Shown here: piece by piece, positions 39,401 to 54,400 of the stretch
How positions within the stretch are numbered: position 1 is the first letter of the stretch
How the letters are laid out: every line of letters begins with the position of its first letter
NCBI GenBank assembly: GCA_047495785.1
Contig: JBLDXI010000031.1
Coordinates: 1,992,235 to 2,056,234, forward strand
Origin: Lepidodermella squamata
Lineage: Eukaryota; Animalia; Gastrotricha
Direction of reading: 5' to 3'
Length of the DNA stretch: 64,000 bases
Position numbers and translations under genes: made by a program
Notes under the pieces: model-generated
Told to the model about the DNA's origin: nothing
What the model saw: only the letters and a program-made list of their open reading frames with translations
The model's database searches: none

Positions 39401-42400
39401 CACTTGCCCGTGTCGCCGCGGTTCGGCATCGTGCCCAACCAGTGCAAATCACTCATGTTCGTGTGTCATTCGTTTGTGGCAGCAACGCCATGCACGTTTG
39501 CAGGCGATTCGGGCACATCTCAGGTGACGCCTATTTCGCTGCAAGCCGCAGAAGGCTGGAATCGTTGTGTTCAGCTCTTGTACGTACCGCAGCTATGCGG
39601 AAACGGGCTGAAACCAGGTAAACCATGCACATTCGCGCTTCTTTCGATAGCGGCAGCAAGCGCAAACACGTTTGCAGCCGATACGCGCATATTTCGGATG
39701 ACCGATATTTCGCTGCCAGCCATAACAGGCTGAAACCGCTGTTTTCGCCACTTGCCCGTGTCGCCGCGGTTCGGCATCGTGCCCAACCAGTGCAAATCAC
39801 TCATGTTCGTGTGTCATTCGTTTGTGGCAGCAACGCCATGCACGTTTGCAGGCGATTCGGGCACATCTCAGGTGACGCCTATTTCGCTGCAAGCCGCAGA
39901 AGGCTGGAATCGTTGTGCTCAGCTCTTGTACGTACCGCAGCTATGCGGAAACGGGCTGAAACCAGGTTAACCATGCACATTCGCGCTTCATTCGATAGCG
40001 GCAGCAAGCGCAAACACGTTTGCAGCCGATACGCGCATATTTCGGATGACCGATATTTCGCTGCCATCCATAACAGGCTGAAACCGCTGTTTTCGCCACT
40101 TGCCCGTGTCGCCGCGGTTCGGCATCGTGCCCAACCAGTGCAAATCACTCATGTTCGTGTGTCATTCGTTTGTGGCAGCAACGCCATGCACGTTTGCAGG
40201 CGATTCGGGCACATCTCAGGTGACGCCAATTTCGCTGCAAGCCGCAGAAGGCTGGAATCGTTGTGCTCAGCTCTTGTACGTACCGCAGCTATGCGGAAAC
40301 GGGCTGAAACCAGGTTAACCATGCACATTCGCGCTTCATTCGATAGCGGCAGCAAGCGCAAACACGTTTGCAGCCGATACGCGCATATTTCGGATGACCG
40401 ATATTTCGCTGCAGCCATAACAGGCTGAAACCGCTGTTTTCGCCACTTGCCCGTGTCGCCGCGGTTCGGCATCGTGCCCAACCAGTGCAAATCACTCATG
40501 TTCGTGTGTCATTCGTTTGTGGCAGCAACGCCATGCACGTTTGCAGGCGATTCGGGCACATCTCAGGTGACGCCTATTTCGCTGCAAGCCGCAGAAGGCT
40601 GGAATCGTAGTGTTCAGCCCTTGTACGTACCGCAGCTATGCGGAAACGGACTGAAACCAGGTAAACCATGCACATTCGCGCTTCATTCGATAGCGGCAGC
40701 AAGCGCAAACACGTTTGCAGCCGATACGCGCATATTCCGGATGACCGATATTTCGCTGCCAGCCATAACAGGCTGAAACCGCTGTTTTCGCCACTTGCCC
40801 GTGTCGCCGCGGTTCGGCATCGTGCCGAACCAGTGCAAATCACTCATGTTTGTGTGTCATTCGTTTGTGGCAGCAACGCCATGCACGTTTACACATCTCG
40901 TGAGAGTCCCTCAGGTGACGCCTATTTCGCTGCAAGCCGCAGAAGGCTGGAATCGTTGTGTTCAGCTCTTGTACGTACCGCAGCTATGCGGAAACGGGCT
41001 GAAACCAGGTAAACCATGCACATTCGCGCTTCTTTCGATAGCGGCAGCAAGCGCAAACACGTTTGCAGCCGATACGCGCATATTTCGGGTGACCGATATT
41101 TCGCTGCCAGCCATAACAGGCTGAAACCGCTGTTTTCGCCACTTGCCCGTGTCGCCGCGGTTCGGCATCGTGCCCAACCAGTGCAAATCACTCATGTTCG
41201 TGTGTCATTCGTTTGTGGCAGCAACGCCATGCACGTTTGCAGGCGATTCGGGCACATCTCAGGTGACGCCAATTTCGCTGCAAGCCGCAGAAGGCTGGAA
41301 TCGTTGTGCTCAGCTCTTGTACGTACCGCAGCTATGCGGAAACGGGCTGAAACCAGGTTAACCATGCACATTCGCGCTTCATTCGATAGCGGCAGCAAGC
41401 GCAAACACGTTTGCAGCCGATACGCGCATATTTCGGATGACCGATATTTCGCTGCCAGCCATAACAGGCTGAAACCGCTGTTTTCGCCACTTGCCCGTGT
41501 CGCCGCGGTTCGGCATCGTGCCCAACCAGTGCAAATCACTCATGTTCGTGTGTCATTCGTTTGTGGCAGCAACGCCATGCACGTTTGCAGGCGATTCGGG
41601 CACATCTCAGGTGACGCCTATTTCGCTGCAAGCCGCAGAAGGCTGGAATCGTAGTGTTCAGCCCTTGTACGTACCGCAGCTATGCGGAAACGGACTGAAA
41701 CCAGGTAAACCATGCACATTCGCGCTTCTTTCGATAGCGGCAGCAAGCGCAAACACGTTTGCAGCCGATACGCGCATATTTCGGGTGACCGATATTTCGC
41801 TGCCAGCCATAACAGGCTGAAACCGCTGTTTTCGCCACTTGCCCGTGTCGCCGCGGTTCGGCATCGTGCCCAACCAGTGCAAATCACTCATGTTCGTGTG
41901 TCATTCGTTTGTGGCAGCAACGCCATGCACGTTTGCAGGCGATTCGGGCACATCTCAGGTGACGCCTATTTCGCTGCAAGCCGCAGAAGGCTGGAATCGT
42001 TGTGTTCAGCTCTTGTACGTACCGCAGCTATGCGGAAACGGGCTGAAACCAGGTAAACCATGCACATTCGCGCTTCTTTCGATAGCGGCAGCAAGCGCAA
42101 ACACGTTTGCAGCCGATACGCGCATATTTCGGATGACCGATATTTCGCTGCCAGCCATAACAGGCTGAAACCGCTGTTTTCGCCACTTGCCCGTGTCGCC
42201 GCGGTTCGGCATCGTGCCCAACCAGTGCAAATCACTCATGTTCGTGTGTCATTCGTTTGTGGCAGCAACGCCATGCACGTTTGCAGGCGATTCGGGCACA
42301 TCTCAGGTGACGCCTATTTCGCTGCAAGCCGCAGAAGGCTGGAATCGTAGTGTTCAGCCCTTGTACGTACCGCAGCTATGCGGAAACGGACTGAAACCAG

Positions 42401-45400
42401 GTAAACCATGCACATTCGCGCTTCATTCGATAGCGGCAGCAAGCGCAAACACGTTTGCAGCCGATACGCGCATATTCCGGATGACCGATATTTCGCTGCC
42501 AGCCATAACAGGCTGAAACCGCTGTTTTCGCCACTTGCCCGTGTCGCCGCGGTTCGGCATCGTGCCGAACCAGTGCAAATCACTCATGTTTGTGTGTCAT
42601 TCGTTTGTGGCAGCAACGCCATGCACGTTTGCAGGCGATTCGGGCACATCTCAGGTGACGCCTATTTCGCTGCAAGCCGCAGAAGGCTGGAATCGTTGTG
42701 TTCAGCTCTTGTACGTACCGCAGCTATGCGGAAACGGGCTGAAACCAGGTAAACCATGCACATTCGCGCTTCTTTCGATAGCGGCAGCAAGCGCAAACAC
42801 GTTTGCAGCCGATACGCGCATATTTCGGGTGACCGATATTTCGCTGCCAGCCATAACAGGCTGAAACCGCTGTTTTCGCCACTTGCCCGTGTCGCCGCGG
42901 TTCGGCATCGTGCCCAACCAGTGCAAATCACTCATGTTCGTGTGTCATTCGTTTGTGGCAGCAACGCCATGCACGTTTGCAGGCGATTCGGGCACATCTC
43001 AGGTGACGCCAATTTCGCTGCAAGCCGCAGAAGGCTGGAATCGTTGTGCTCAGCTCTTGTACGTACCGCAGCTATGCGGAAACGGGCTGAAACCAGGTTA
43101 ACCATGCACATTCGCGCTTCATTCGATAGCGGCAGCAAGCGCAAACACGTTTGCAGCCGATACGCGCATATTTCGGATGACCGATATTTCGCTGCCAGCC
43201 ATAACAGGCTGAAACCGCTGTTTTCGCCACTTGCCCGTGTCGCCGCGGTTCGGCATCGTGCCCAACCAGTGCAAATCACTCATGTTCGTGTGTCATTCGT
43301 TTGTGGCAGCAACGCCATGCACGTTTGCAGGCGATTCGGGCACATCTCAGGTGACGCCTATTTCGCTGCAAGCCGCAGAAGGCTGGAATCGTAGTGTTCA
43401 GCCCTTGTACGTACCGCAGCTATGCGGAAACGGACTGAAACCAGGTAAACCATGCACATTCGCGCTTCTTTCGATAGCGGCAGCAAGCGCAAACACGTTT
43501 GCAGCCGATACGCGCATATTTCGGGTGACCGATATTTCGCTGCCAGCCATAACAGGCTGAAACCGCTGTTTTCGCCACTTGCCCGTGTCGCCGCGGTTCG
43601 GCATCGTGCCCAACCAGTGCAAATCACTCATGTTCGTGTGTCATTCGTTTGTGGCAGCAACGCCATGCACGTTTGCAGGCGATTCGGGCACATCTCAGGT
43701 GACGCCTATTTCGCTGCAAGCCGCAGAAGGCTGGAATCGTTGTGTTCAGCTCTTGTACGTACCGCAGCTATGCGGAAACGGGCTGAAACCAGGTAAACCA
43801 TGCACATTCGCGCTTCTTTCGATAGCGGCAGCAAGCGCAAACACGTTTGCAGCCGATACGCGCATATTTCGGATGACCGATATTTCGCTGCCAGCCATAA
43901 CAGGCTGAAACCGCTGTTTTCGCCACTTGCCCGTGTCGCCGCGGTTCGGCATCGTGCCCAACCAGTGCAAATCACTCATGTTCGTGTGTCATTCGTTTGT
44001 GGCAGCAACGCCATGCACGTTTGCAGGCGATTCGGGCACATCTCAGGTGACGCCTATTTCGCTGCAAGCCGCAGAAGGCTGGAATCGTAGTGTTCAGCCC
44101 TTGTACGTACCGCAGCTATGCGGAAACGGACTGAAACCAGGTAAACCATGCACATTCGCGCTTCATTCGATAGCGGCAGCAAGCGCAAACACGTTTGCAG
44201 CCGATACGCGCATATTCCGGATGACCGATATTTCGCTGCCAGCCATAACAGGCTGAAACCGCTGTTTTCGCCACTTGCCCGTGTCGCCGCGGTTCGGCAT
44301 CGTGCCGAACCAGTGCAAATCACTCATGTTTGTGTGTCATTCGTTTGTGGCAGCAACGCCATGCACGTTTGCAGGCGATTCGGGCACATCTCAGGTGACG
44401 CCTATTTCGCTGCAAGCCGCAGAAGGCTGGAATCGTTGTGTTCAGCTCTTGTACGTACCGCAGCTATGCGGAAACGGGCTGAAACCAGGTAAACCATGCA
44501 CATTCGCGCTTCTTTCGATAGCGGCAGCAAGCGCAAACACGTTTGCAGCCGATACGCGCATATTTCGGGTGACCGATATTTCGCTGCCAGCCATAACAGG
44601 CTGAAACCGCTGTTTTCGCCACTTGCCCGTGTCGCCGCGGTTCGGCATCGTGCCCAACCAGTGCAAATCACTCATGTTCGTGTGTCATTCGTTTGTGGCA
44701 GCAACGCCATGCACGTTTGCAGGCGATTCGGGCACATCTCAGGTGACGCCTATTTCGCTGCAAGCCGCAGAAGGCTGGAATCGTTGTGCTCAGCTCTTGT
44801 ACGTACCGCAGCTATGCGGAAACGGGCTGAAACCAGGTTAACCATGCACATTCGCGCTTCATTCGATAGCGGCAGCAAGCGCAAACACGTTTGCAGCCGA
44901 TACGCGCATATTTCGGATGACCGATATTTCGCTGCCAGCCATAACAGGCTGAAACCGCTGGTTTCGCCACTTGCCCGTGTCGCCGCGGTTCGGCATCGTG
45001 CCCAACCAGTGCAAATCACTCATGTTCGTGTGTCATTCGTTTGTGGCAGCAACGCCATGCACGTTTGCAGGCGATTCGGGCACATCTCAGGTGACGCCTA
45101 TTTCGCTGCAAGCCGCAGAAGGCTGGAATCGTTGTGTTCAGCTCTTGTACGTACCGCAGCTATGCGGAAACGGGCTGAAACCAGGTAAACCATGCACATT
45201 CGCGCTTCTTTCGATAGCGGCAGCAAGCGCAAACACGTTTGCAGCCGATACGCGCATATTTCGGGTGACCGATATTTCGCTGCCAGCCATAACAGGCTGA
45301 AACCGCTGTTTTCGCCACTTGCCCGTGTCGCCGCGGTTCGGCATCGTGCCCAACCAGTGCTAATCACTCATGTTCGTGTGTCATTCGTTTGTGGCAGCAA

Positions 45401-48400
45401 CGCCATGCACGTTTGCAGGCGATTCGGGCACATCTCAGGTGACGCCTATTTCGCTGCAAGCCGCAGAAGGCTGGAATCGTTGTGTTCAGCTCTTGTACGT
45501 ACCGCAGCTATGCGGAAACGGGCTGAAACCAGGTAAACCATGCACATTCGCGCTTCTTTCGATAGCGGCAGCAAGCGCAAACACGTTTGCAGCCGATACG
45601 CGCATATTTCGGGTGACCGATATTTCGCTGCCAGCCATAACAGGCTGAAACCGCTGTTTTCGCCACTTGCCCGTGTCGCCGCGGTTCGGCATCGTGCCCA
45701 ACCAGTGCTAATCACTCATGTTCGTGTGTCATTCGTTTGTGGCAGCAACGCCATGCACGTTTGCAGGCGATTCGGGCACATCTCAGGTGACGCCTATTTC
45801 GCTGCAAGCCGCAGAAGGCTGGAATCGTTGTGTTCAGCTCTTGTACGTACCGCAGCTATGCGGAAACGGGCTGAAACCAGGTAAACCATGCACATTCGCG
45901 CTTCTTTCGATAGCGGCAGCAAGCGCAAACACGTTTGCAGCCGATACGCGCATATTTCGGGTGACCGATATTTCGCTGCCAGCCATAACAGGCTGAAACC
46001 GCTGTTTTCGCCACTTGCCCGTGTCGCCGCGGTTCGGCATCGTGCCCAACCAGTGCAAATCACTCATGTTCGTGTGTCATTCGTTTGTGGCAGCAACGCC
46101 ATGCACGTTTGCAGGCGATTCGGGCACATCTCAGGTGACGCCTATTTCGCTGCAAGCCGCAGAAGGCTGGAATCGTTGTGTTCAGCTCTTGTACGTACCG
46201 CAGCTATGCGGAAACGGGCTGAAACCAGGTAAACCATGCACATTCGCGCTTCTTTCGATAGCGGCAGCAAGCGCAAACACGTTTGCAGCCGATACGCGCA
46301 TATTTCGGGTGACCGATATTTCGCTGCCAGCCATAACAGGCTGAAACCGCTGTTTTCGCCACTTGCCCGTGTCGCCGCGGTTCGGCATCGTGCCCAACCA
46401 GTGCTAATCACTCATGTTCGTGTGTCATTCGTTTGTGGCAGCAACGCCATGCACGTTTGCAGGCGATTCGGGCACATCTCAGGTGACGCCTATTTCGCTG
46501 CAAGCCGCAGAAGGCTGGAATCGTTGTGTTCAGCCCTTGTACGTACCGCAGCTATGCGGAAACGGACTGAAACCAGGTAAACCATGCACATTCGCGCTTC
46601 ATTCGATAGCGGCAGCAAGCGCAAACACGTTTGCAGCCGATACGCGCATATTCCGGATGACCGATATTTCGCTGCCAGCCATAACAGGCTGAAACCGCTG
46701 TTTTCGCCACTTGCCTGTGTCGCCGCGGTTCGGCATCGTGCCCAACCAGTGCAAATCACTCATGTTCGTGTGTCATTCGTTTGTGGCAGCAACGCCATGC
46801 ACGTTTGCAGGCGATTCGGGCACATCTCAGGTGACGCCTATTTCGCTGCAAGCCGCAGAAGGCTGGAATCGTTGTGTTCAGCTCTTGTACGTACCGCAGC
46901 TATGCGGAAACGGGCTGAAACCAGGTAAACCATGCACATTCGCGCTTCTTTCGATAGCGGCAGCAAGCGCAAACACGTTTGCAGCCGATACGCGCATATT
47001 TCGGGTGACCGATATTTCGCTGCCAGCCATAACAGGCTGAAACCGCTGTTTTCGCCACTTGCCCGTGTCGCCGCGGTTCGGCATCGTGCCCAACCAGTGC
47101 TAATCACTCATGTTCGTGTGTCATTCGTTTGTGGCAGCAACGCCATGCACGTTTGCAGGCGATTCGGGCACATCTCAGGTGACGCCTATTTCGCTGCAAG
47201 CCGCAGAAGGCTGGAATCGTTGTGTTCAGCTCTTGTACGTACCGCAGCTATGCGGAAACGGGCTGAAACCAGGTAAACCATGCACATTCGCGCTTCATTC
47301 GATAGCGGCAGCAAGCGCAAACACGTTTGCAGCCGATACGCGCATATTCCGGATGACCGATATTTCGCTGCCAGCCATAACAGGCTGAAACCGCTGTTTT
47401 CGCCACTTGCCCGTGTCGCCGCGGTTCGGCATCGTGCCCAACCAGTGCTAATCACTCATGTTCGTGTGTCATTCGTTTGTGGCAGCAACGCCATGCACGT
47501 TTGCAGGCGATTCGGGCACATCTCAGGTGACGCCTATTTCGCTGCAAGCCGCAGAAGGCTGGAATCGTTGTGTTCAGCTCTTGTACGTACCGCAGCTATG
47601 CGGAAACGGGCTGAAACCAGGTTAACCATGCACATTCGCGCTTCATTCGATAGCGGCAGCAAGCGCAAACACGTTTGCAGCCGATACGCGCATATTTCGG
47701 ATGACCGATATTTCGCTGCCAGCCATAACAGGCTGAAACCGCTGTTTTCGCCACTTGCCCGTGTCGCCGCGGTTCGGCATCGTGCCCAACCAGTGCTAAT
47801 CACTCATGTTCGTGTGTCATTCGTTTGTGGCAGCAACGCCATGCACGTTTGCAGGCGATTCGGGCACATCTCAGGTGACGCCTATTTCGCTGCAAGCCGC
47901 AGAAGGCTGGAATCGTTGTGTTCAGCCCTTGTACGTACCGCAGCTATGCGGAAACGGACTGAAACCAGGTAAACCATGCACATTCGCGCTTCATTCGATA
48001 GCGGCAGCAAGCGCAAACACGTTTGCAGCCGATACGCGCATATTCCGGATGACCGATATTTCGCTGCCAGCCATAACAGGCTGAAACCGCTGTTTTCGCC
48101 ACTTGCCCGTGTCGCCGCGGTTCGGCATCGTGCCCAACCAGTGCAAATCACTCATGTTCGTGTGTCATTCGTTTGTGGCAGCAACGCCATGCACGTTTGC
48201 AGGCGATTCGGGCACATCTCAGGTGACGCCTATTTCGCTGCAAGCCGCAGAAGGCTGGAATCGTTGTGTTCAGCTCTTGTACGTACCGCAGCTATGCGGA
48301 AACGGGCTGAAACCAGGTAAACCATGCACATTCGCGCTTCTTTCGATAGCGGCAGCAAGCGCAAACACGTTTGCAGCCGATACGCGCATATTTCGGGTGA

Positions 48401-51400
48401 ACGATATTTCGCTGCCAGCCATAACAGGCTGAAACCGCTGTTTTCGCCACTTGCCCGTGTCGCCGCGGTTCGGCATCGTGCCCAACCAGTGCAAATCACT
48501 CATGTTCGTGTGTCATTCGTTTGTGGCAGCAACGCCATGCACGTTTGCAGGCGATTCGGGCACATCTCAGGTGACGCCAATTTCGCTGCAAGCCGCAGAA
48601 GGCTGGAATCGTTGTGCTCAGCTCTTGTACGTACCGCAGCTATGCGGAAACGGGCTGAAACCAGGTAAACCATGCACATTCGCGCTTCTTTCGATAGCGG
48701 CAGCAAGCGCAAACACGTTTGCAGCCGATACGCGCATATTTCGGGTGACCGATATTTCGCTGCCAGCCATAACAGGCTGAAACCGCTGTTTTCGCCACTT
48801 GCCCGTGTCGCCGCGGTTCGGCATCGTGCCCAACCAGTGCAAATCACTCATGTTCGTGTGTCATTCGTTTGTGGCAGCAACGCCATGCACGTTTGCAGGC
48901 GATTCGGGCACATCTCAGGTGACGCCAATTTCGCTGCAAGCCGCAGAAGGCTGGAATCGTTGTGCTCAGCTCTTGTACGTACCGCAGCTATGCGGAAACG
49001 GGCTGAAACCAGGTTAACCATGCACATTCGCGCTTCATTCGATAGCGGCAGCAAGCGCAAACACGTTTGCAGCCGATACGCGCATATTTCGGATGACCGA
49101 TATTTCGCTGCCAGCCATAACAGGCTGAAACCGCTGTTTTCGCCACTTGCCCGTGTCGCCGCGGTTCGGCATCGTGCCGAACCAGTGCAAATCACTCATG
49201 TTCGTGTGTCATTCGTTTGTGGCAGCAACGCCATGCACGTTTGCAGGCGATTCGGGCACATCTCAGGTGACGCCTATTTCGCTGCAAGCCGCAGAAGGCT
49301 GGAATCGTTGTGTTCAGCTCTTGTACGTACCGCAGCTATGCGGAAACGGGCTGAAACCAGGTAAACCATGCACATTCGCGCTTCTTTCGATAGCGGCAGC
49401 AAGCGCAAACACGTTTGCAGCCGATACGCGCATATTTCGGGTGACCGATATTTCGCTGCCAGCCATAACAGGCTGAAACCGCTGTTTTCGCCACTTGCCC
49501 GTGTCGCCGCGGTTCGGCATCGTGCCCAACCAGTGCTAATCACTCATGTTCGTGTGTCATTCGTTTGTGGCAGCAACGCCATGCACGTTTGCAGGCGATT
49601 CGGGCACATCTCAGGTGACGCCTATTTCGCTGCAAGCCGCAGAAGGCTGGAATCGTTGTGTTCAGCTCTTGTACGTACCGCAGCTATGCGGAAACGGGCT
49701 GAAACCAGGTAAACCATGCACATTCGCGCTTCTTTCGATAGCGGCAGCAAGCGCAAACACGTTTGCAGCCGATACGCGCATATTTCGGGTGACCGATATT
49801 TCGCTGCCAGCCATAACAGGCTGAAACCGCTGTTTTCGCCACTTGCCCGTGTCGCCGCGGTTCGGCATCGTGCCCAACCAGTGCTAATCACTCATGTTCG
49901 TGTGTCATTCGTTTGTGGCAGCAACGCCATGCACGTTTGCAGGCGATTCGGGCACATCTCAGGTGACGCCTATTTCGCTGCAAGCCGCAGAAGGCTGGAA
50001 TCGTTGTGTTCAGCCCTTGTACGTACCGCAGCTATGCGGAAACGGACTGAAACCAGGTAAACCATGCACATTCGCGCTTCATTCGATAGCGGCAGCAAGC
50101 GCAAACACGTTTGCAGCCGATACGCGCATATTCCGGATGACCGATATTTCGCTGCCAGCCATAACAGGCTGAAACCGCTGTTTTCGCCACTTGCCCGTGT
50201 CGCCGCGGTTCGGCATCGTGCCCAACCAGTGCAAATCACTCATGTTCGTGTGTCATTCGTTTGTGGCAGCAACGCCATGCACGTTTGCAGGCGATTCGGG
50301 CACATCTCAGGTGACGCCTATTTCGCTGCAAGCCGCAGAAGGCTGGAATCGTTGTGTTCAGCTCTTGTACGTACCGCAGCTATGCGGAAACGGGCTGAAA
50401 CCAGGTAAACCATGCACATTCGCGCTTCATTCGATAGCGGCAGCAAGCGCAAACACGTTTGCAGCCGATACGCGCATATTCCGGATGACCGATATTTCGC
50501 TGCCAGCCATAACAGGCTGAAACCGCTGTTTTCGCCACTTGCCCGTGTCGCCGCGGTTCGGCATCGTGCCCAACCAGTGCAAATCACTCATGTTCGTGTG
50601 TCATTCGTTTGTGGCAGCAACGCCATGCACGTTTGCAGGCGATTCGGGCACATCTCAGGTGACGCCTATTTCGCTGCAAGCCGCAGAAGGCTGGAATCGT
50701 TGTGTTCAGCTCTTGTACGTACCGCAGCTATGCGGAAACGGGCTGAAACCAGGTAAACCATGCACATTCGCGCTTCTTTCGATAGCGGCAGCAAGCGCAA
50801 ACACGTTTGCAGCCGATACGCGCATATTTCGGGTGACCGATATTTCGCTGCCAGCCATAACAGGCTGAAACCGCTGTTTTCGCCACTTGCCCGTGTCGCC
50901 GCGGTTCGGCATCGTGCCCAACCAGTGCAAATCACTCATGTTCGTGTGTCATTCGTTTGTGGCAGCAACGCCATGCACGTTTGCAGGCGATTCGGGCACA
51001 TCTCAGGTGACGCCAATTTCGCTGCAAGCCGCAGAAGGCTGGAATCGTTGTGCTCAGCTCTTGTACGTACCGCAGCTATGCGGAAACGGGCTGAAACCAG
51101 GTTAACCATGCACATTCGCGCTTCATTCGATAGCGGCAGCAAGCGCAAACACGTTTGCAGCCGATACGCGCATATTTCGGATGACCGATATTTCGCTGCC
51201 AGCCATAACAGGCTGAAACCGCTGTTTTCGCCACTTGCCCGTGTCGCCGCGGTTCGGCATCGTGCCCAACCAGTGCTAATCACTCATGTTCGTGTGTCAT
51301 TCGTTTGTGGCAGCAACGCCATGCACGTTTGCAGGCGATTCGGGCACATCTCAGGTGACGCCTATTTCGCTGCAAGCCGCAGAAGGCTGGAATCGTTGTG

Positions 51401-54400
51401 TTCAGCTCTTGTACGTACCGCAGCTATGCGGAAACGGGCTGAAACCAGGTTAACCATGCACATTCGCGCTTCATTCGATAGCGGCAGCAAGCGCAAACAC
51501 GTTTGCAGCCGATACGCGCATATTTCGGATGACCGATATTTCGCTGCCAGCCATAACAGGCTGAAACCGCTGTTTTCGCCACTTGCCCGTGTCGCCGCGG
51601 TTCGGCATCGTGCCCAACCAGTGCAAATCACTCATGTTCGTGTGTCATTCGTTTGTGGCAGCAACGCCATGCACGTTTGCAGGCGATTCGGGCACATCTC
51701 AGGTGACGCCTATTTCGCTGCAAGCCGCAGAAGGCTGGAATCGTTGTGTTCAGCCCTTGTACGTACCGCAGCTATGCGGAAACGGACTGAAACCAGGTAA
51801 ACCATGCACATTCGCGCTTCATTCGATAGCGGCAGCAAGCGCAAACACGTTTGCAGCCGATACGCGCATATTCCGGATGACCGATATTTCGCTGCCAGCC
51901 ATAACAGGCTGAAACCGCTGTTTTCGCCACTTGCCCGTGTCGCCGCGGTTCGGCATCGTGCCCAACCAGTGCAAATCACTCATGTTCGTGTGTCATTCGT
52001 TTGTGGCAGCAACGCCATGCACGTTTGCAGGCGATTCGGGCACATCTCAGGTGACGCCTATTTCGCTGCAAGCCGCAGAAGGCTGGAATCGTTGTGTTCA
52101 GCTCTTGTACGTACCGCAGCTATGCGGAAACGGGCTGAAACCAGGTAAACCATGCACATTCGCGCTTCTTTCGATAGCGGCAGCAAGCGCAAACACGTTT
52201 GCAGCCGATACGCGCATATTTCGGGTGACCGATATTTCGCTGCCAGCCATAACAGGCTGAAACCGCTGTTTTCGCCACTTGCCCGTGTCGCCGCGGTTCG
52301 GCATCGTGCCCAACCAGTGCTAATCACTCATGTTCGTGTGTCATTCGTTTGTGGCAGCAACGCCATGCACGTTTGCAGGCGATTCGGGCACATCTCAGGT
52401 GACGCCTATTTCGCTGCAAGCCGCAGAAGGCTGGAATCGTTGTGTTCAGCCCTTGTACGTACCGCAGCTATGCGGAAACGGACTGAAACCAGGTAAACCA
52501 TGCACATTCGCGCTTCATTCGATAGCGGCAGCAAGCGCAAACACGTTTGCAGCCGATACGCGCATATTCCGGATGACCGATATTTCGCTGCCAGCCATAA
52601 CAGGCTGAAACCGCTGTTTTCGCCACTTGCCCGTGTCGCCGCGGTTCGGCATCGTGCCCAACCAGTGCTAATCACTCATGTTCGTGTGTCATTCGTTTGT
52701 GGCAGCAACGCCATGCACGTTTGCAGGCGATTCGGGCACATCTCAGGTGACGCCTATTTCGCTGCAAGCCGCAGAAGGCTGGAATCGTTGTGTTCAGCTC
52801 TTGTACGTACCGCAGCTATGCGGAAACGGGCTGAAACCAGGTTAACCATGCACATTCGCGCTTCATTCGATAGCGGCAGCAAGCGCAAACACGTTTGCAG
52901 CCGATACGCGCATATTTCGGATGACCGATATTTCGCTGCCAGCCATAACAGGCTGAAACCGCTGTTTTCGCCACTTGCCCGTGTCGCCGCGGTTCGGCAT
53001 CGTGCCCAACCAGTGCTAATCACTCATGTTCGTGTGTCATTCGTTTGTGGCAGCAACGCCATGCACGTTTGCAGGCGATTCGGGCACATCTCAGGTGACG
53101 CCAATTTCGCTGCAAGCCGCAGAAGGCTGGAATCGTTGTGCTCAGCTCTTGTACGTACCGCAGCTATGCGGAAACGGGCTGAAACCAGGTTAACCATGCA
53201 CATTCGCGCTTCATTCGATAGCGGCAGCAAGCGCAAACACGTTTGCAGCCGATACGCGCATATTTCGGATGACCGATATTTCGCTGCCAGCCATAACAGG
53301 CTGAAACCGCTGTTTTCGCCACTTGCCCGTGTCGCCGCGGTTCGGCATCGTGCCCAACCAGTGCTAATCACTCATGTTCGTGTGTCATTCGTTTGTGGCA
53401 GCAACGCCATGCACGTTTGCAGGCGATTCGGGCACATCTCAGGTGACGCCTATTTCGCTGCAAGCCGCAGAAGGCTGGAATCGTTGTGTTCAGCTCTTGT
53501 ACGTACCGCAGCTATGCGGAAACGGGCTGAAACCAGGTTAACCATGCACATTCGCGCTTCATTCGATAGCGGCAGCAAGCGCAAACACGTTTGCAGCCGA
53601 TACGCGCATATTTCGGATGACCGATATTTCGCTGCCAGCCATAACAGGCTGAAACCGCTGTTTTCGCCACTTGCCCGTGTCGCCGCGGTTCGGCATCGTG
53701 CCCAACCAGTGCAAATCACTCATGTTCGTGTGTCATTCGTTTGTGGCAGCAACGCCATGCACGTTTGCAGGCGATTCGGGCACATCTCAGGTGACGCCTA
53801 TTTCGCTGCAAGCCGCAGAAGGCTGGAATCGTTGTGTTCAGCCCTTGTACGTACCGCAGCTATGCGGAAACGGACTGAAACCAGGTAAACCATGCACATT
53901 CGCGCTTCATTCGATAGCGGCAGCAAGCGCAAACACGTTTGCAGCCGATACGCGCATATTCCGGATGACCGATATTTCGCTGCCAGCCATAACAGGCTGA
54001 AACCGCTGTTTTCGCCACTTGCCCGTGTCGCCGCGGTTCGGCATCGTGCCCAACCAGTGCAAATCACTCATGTTCGTGTGTCATTCGTTTGTGGCAGCAA
54101 CGCCATGCACGTTTGCAGGCGATTCGGGCACATCTCAGGTGACGCCTATTTCGCTGCAAGCCGCAGAAGGCTGGAATCGTTGTGTTCAGCTCTTGTACGT
54201 ACCGCAGCTATGCGGAAACGGGCTGAAACCAGGTAAACCATGCACATTCGCGCTTCATTCGATAGCGGCAGCAAGCGCAAACACGTTTGCAGCCGATACG
54301 CGCATATTCCGGATGACCGATATTTCGCTGCCAGCCATAACAGGCTGAAACCGCTGTTTTCGCCACTTGCCCGTGTCGCCGCGGTTCGGCATCGTGCCCA

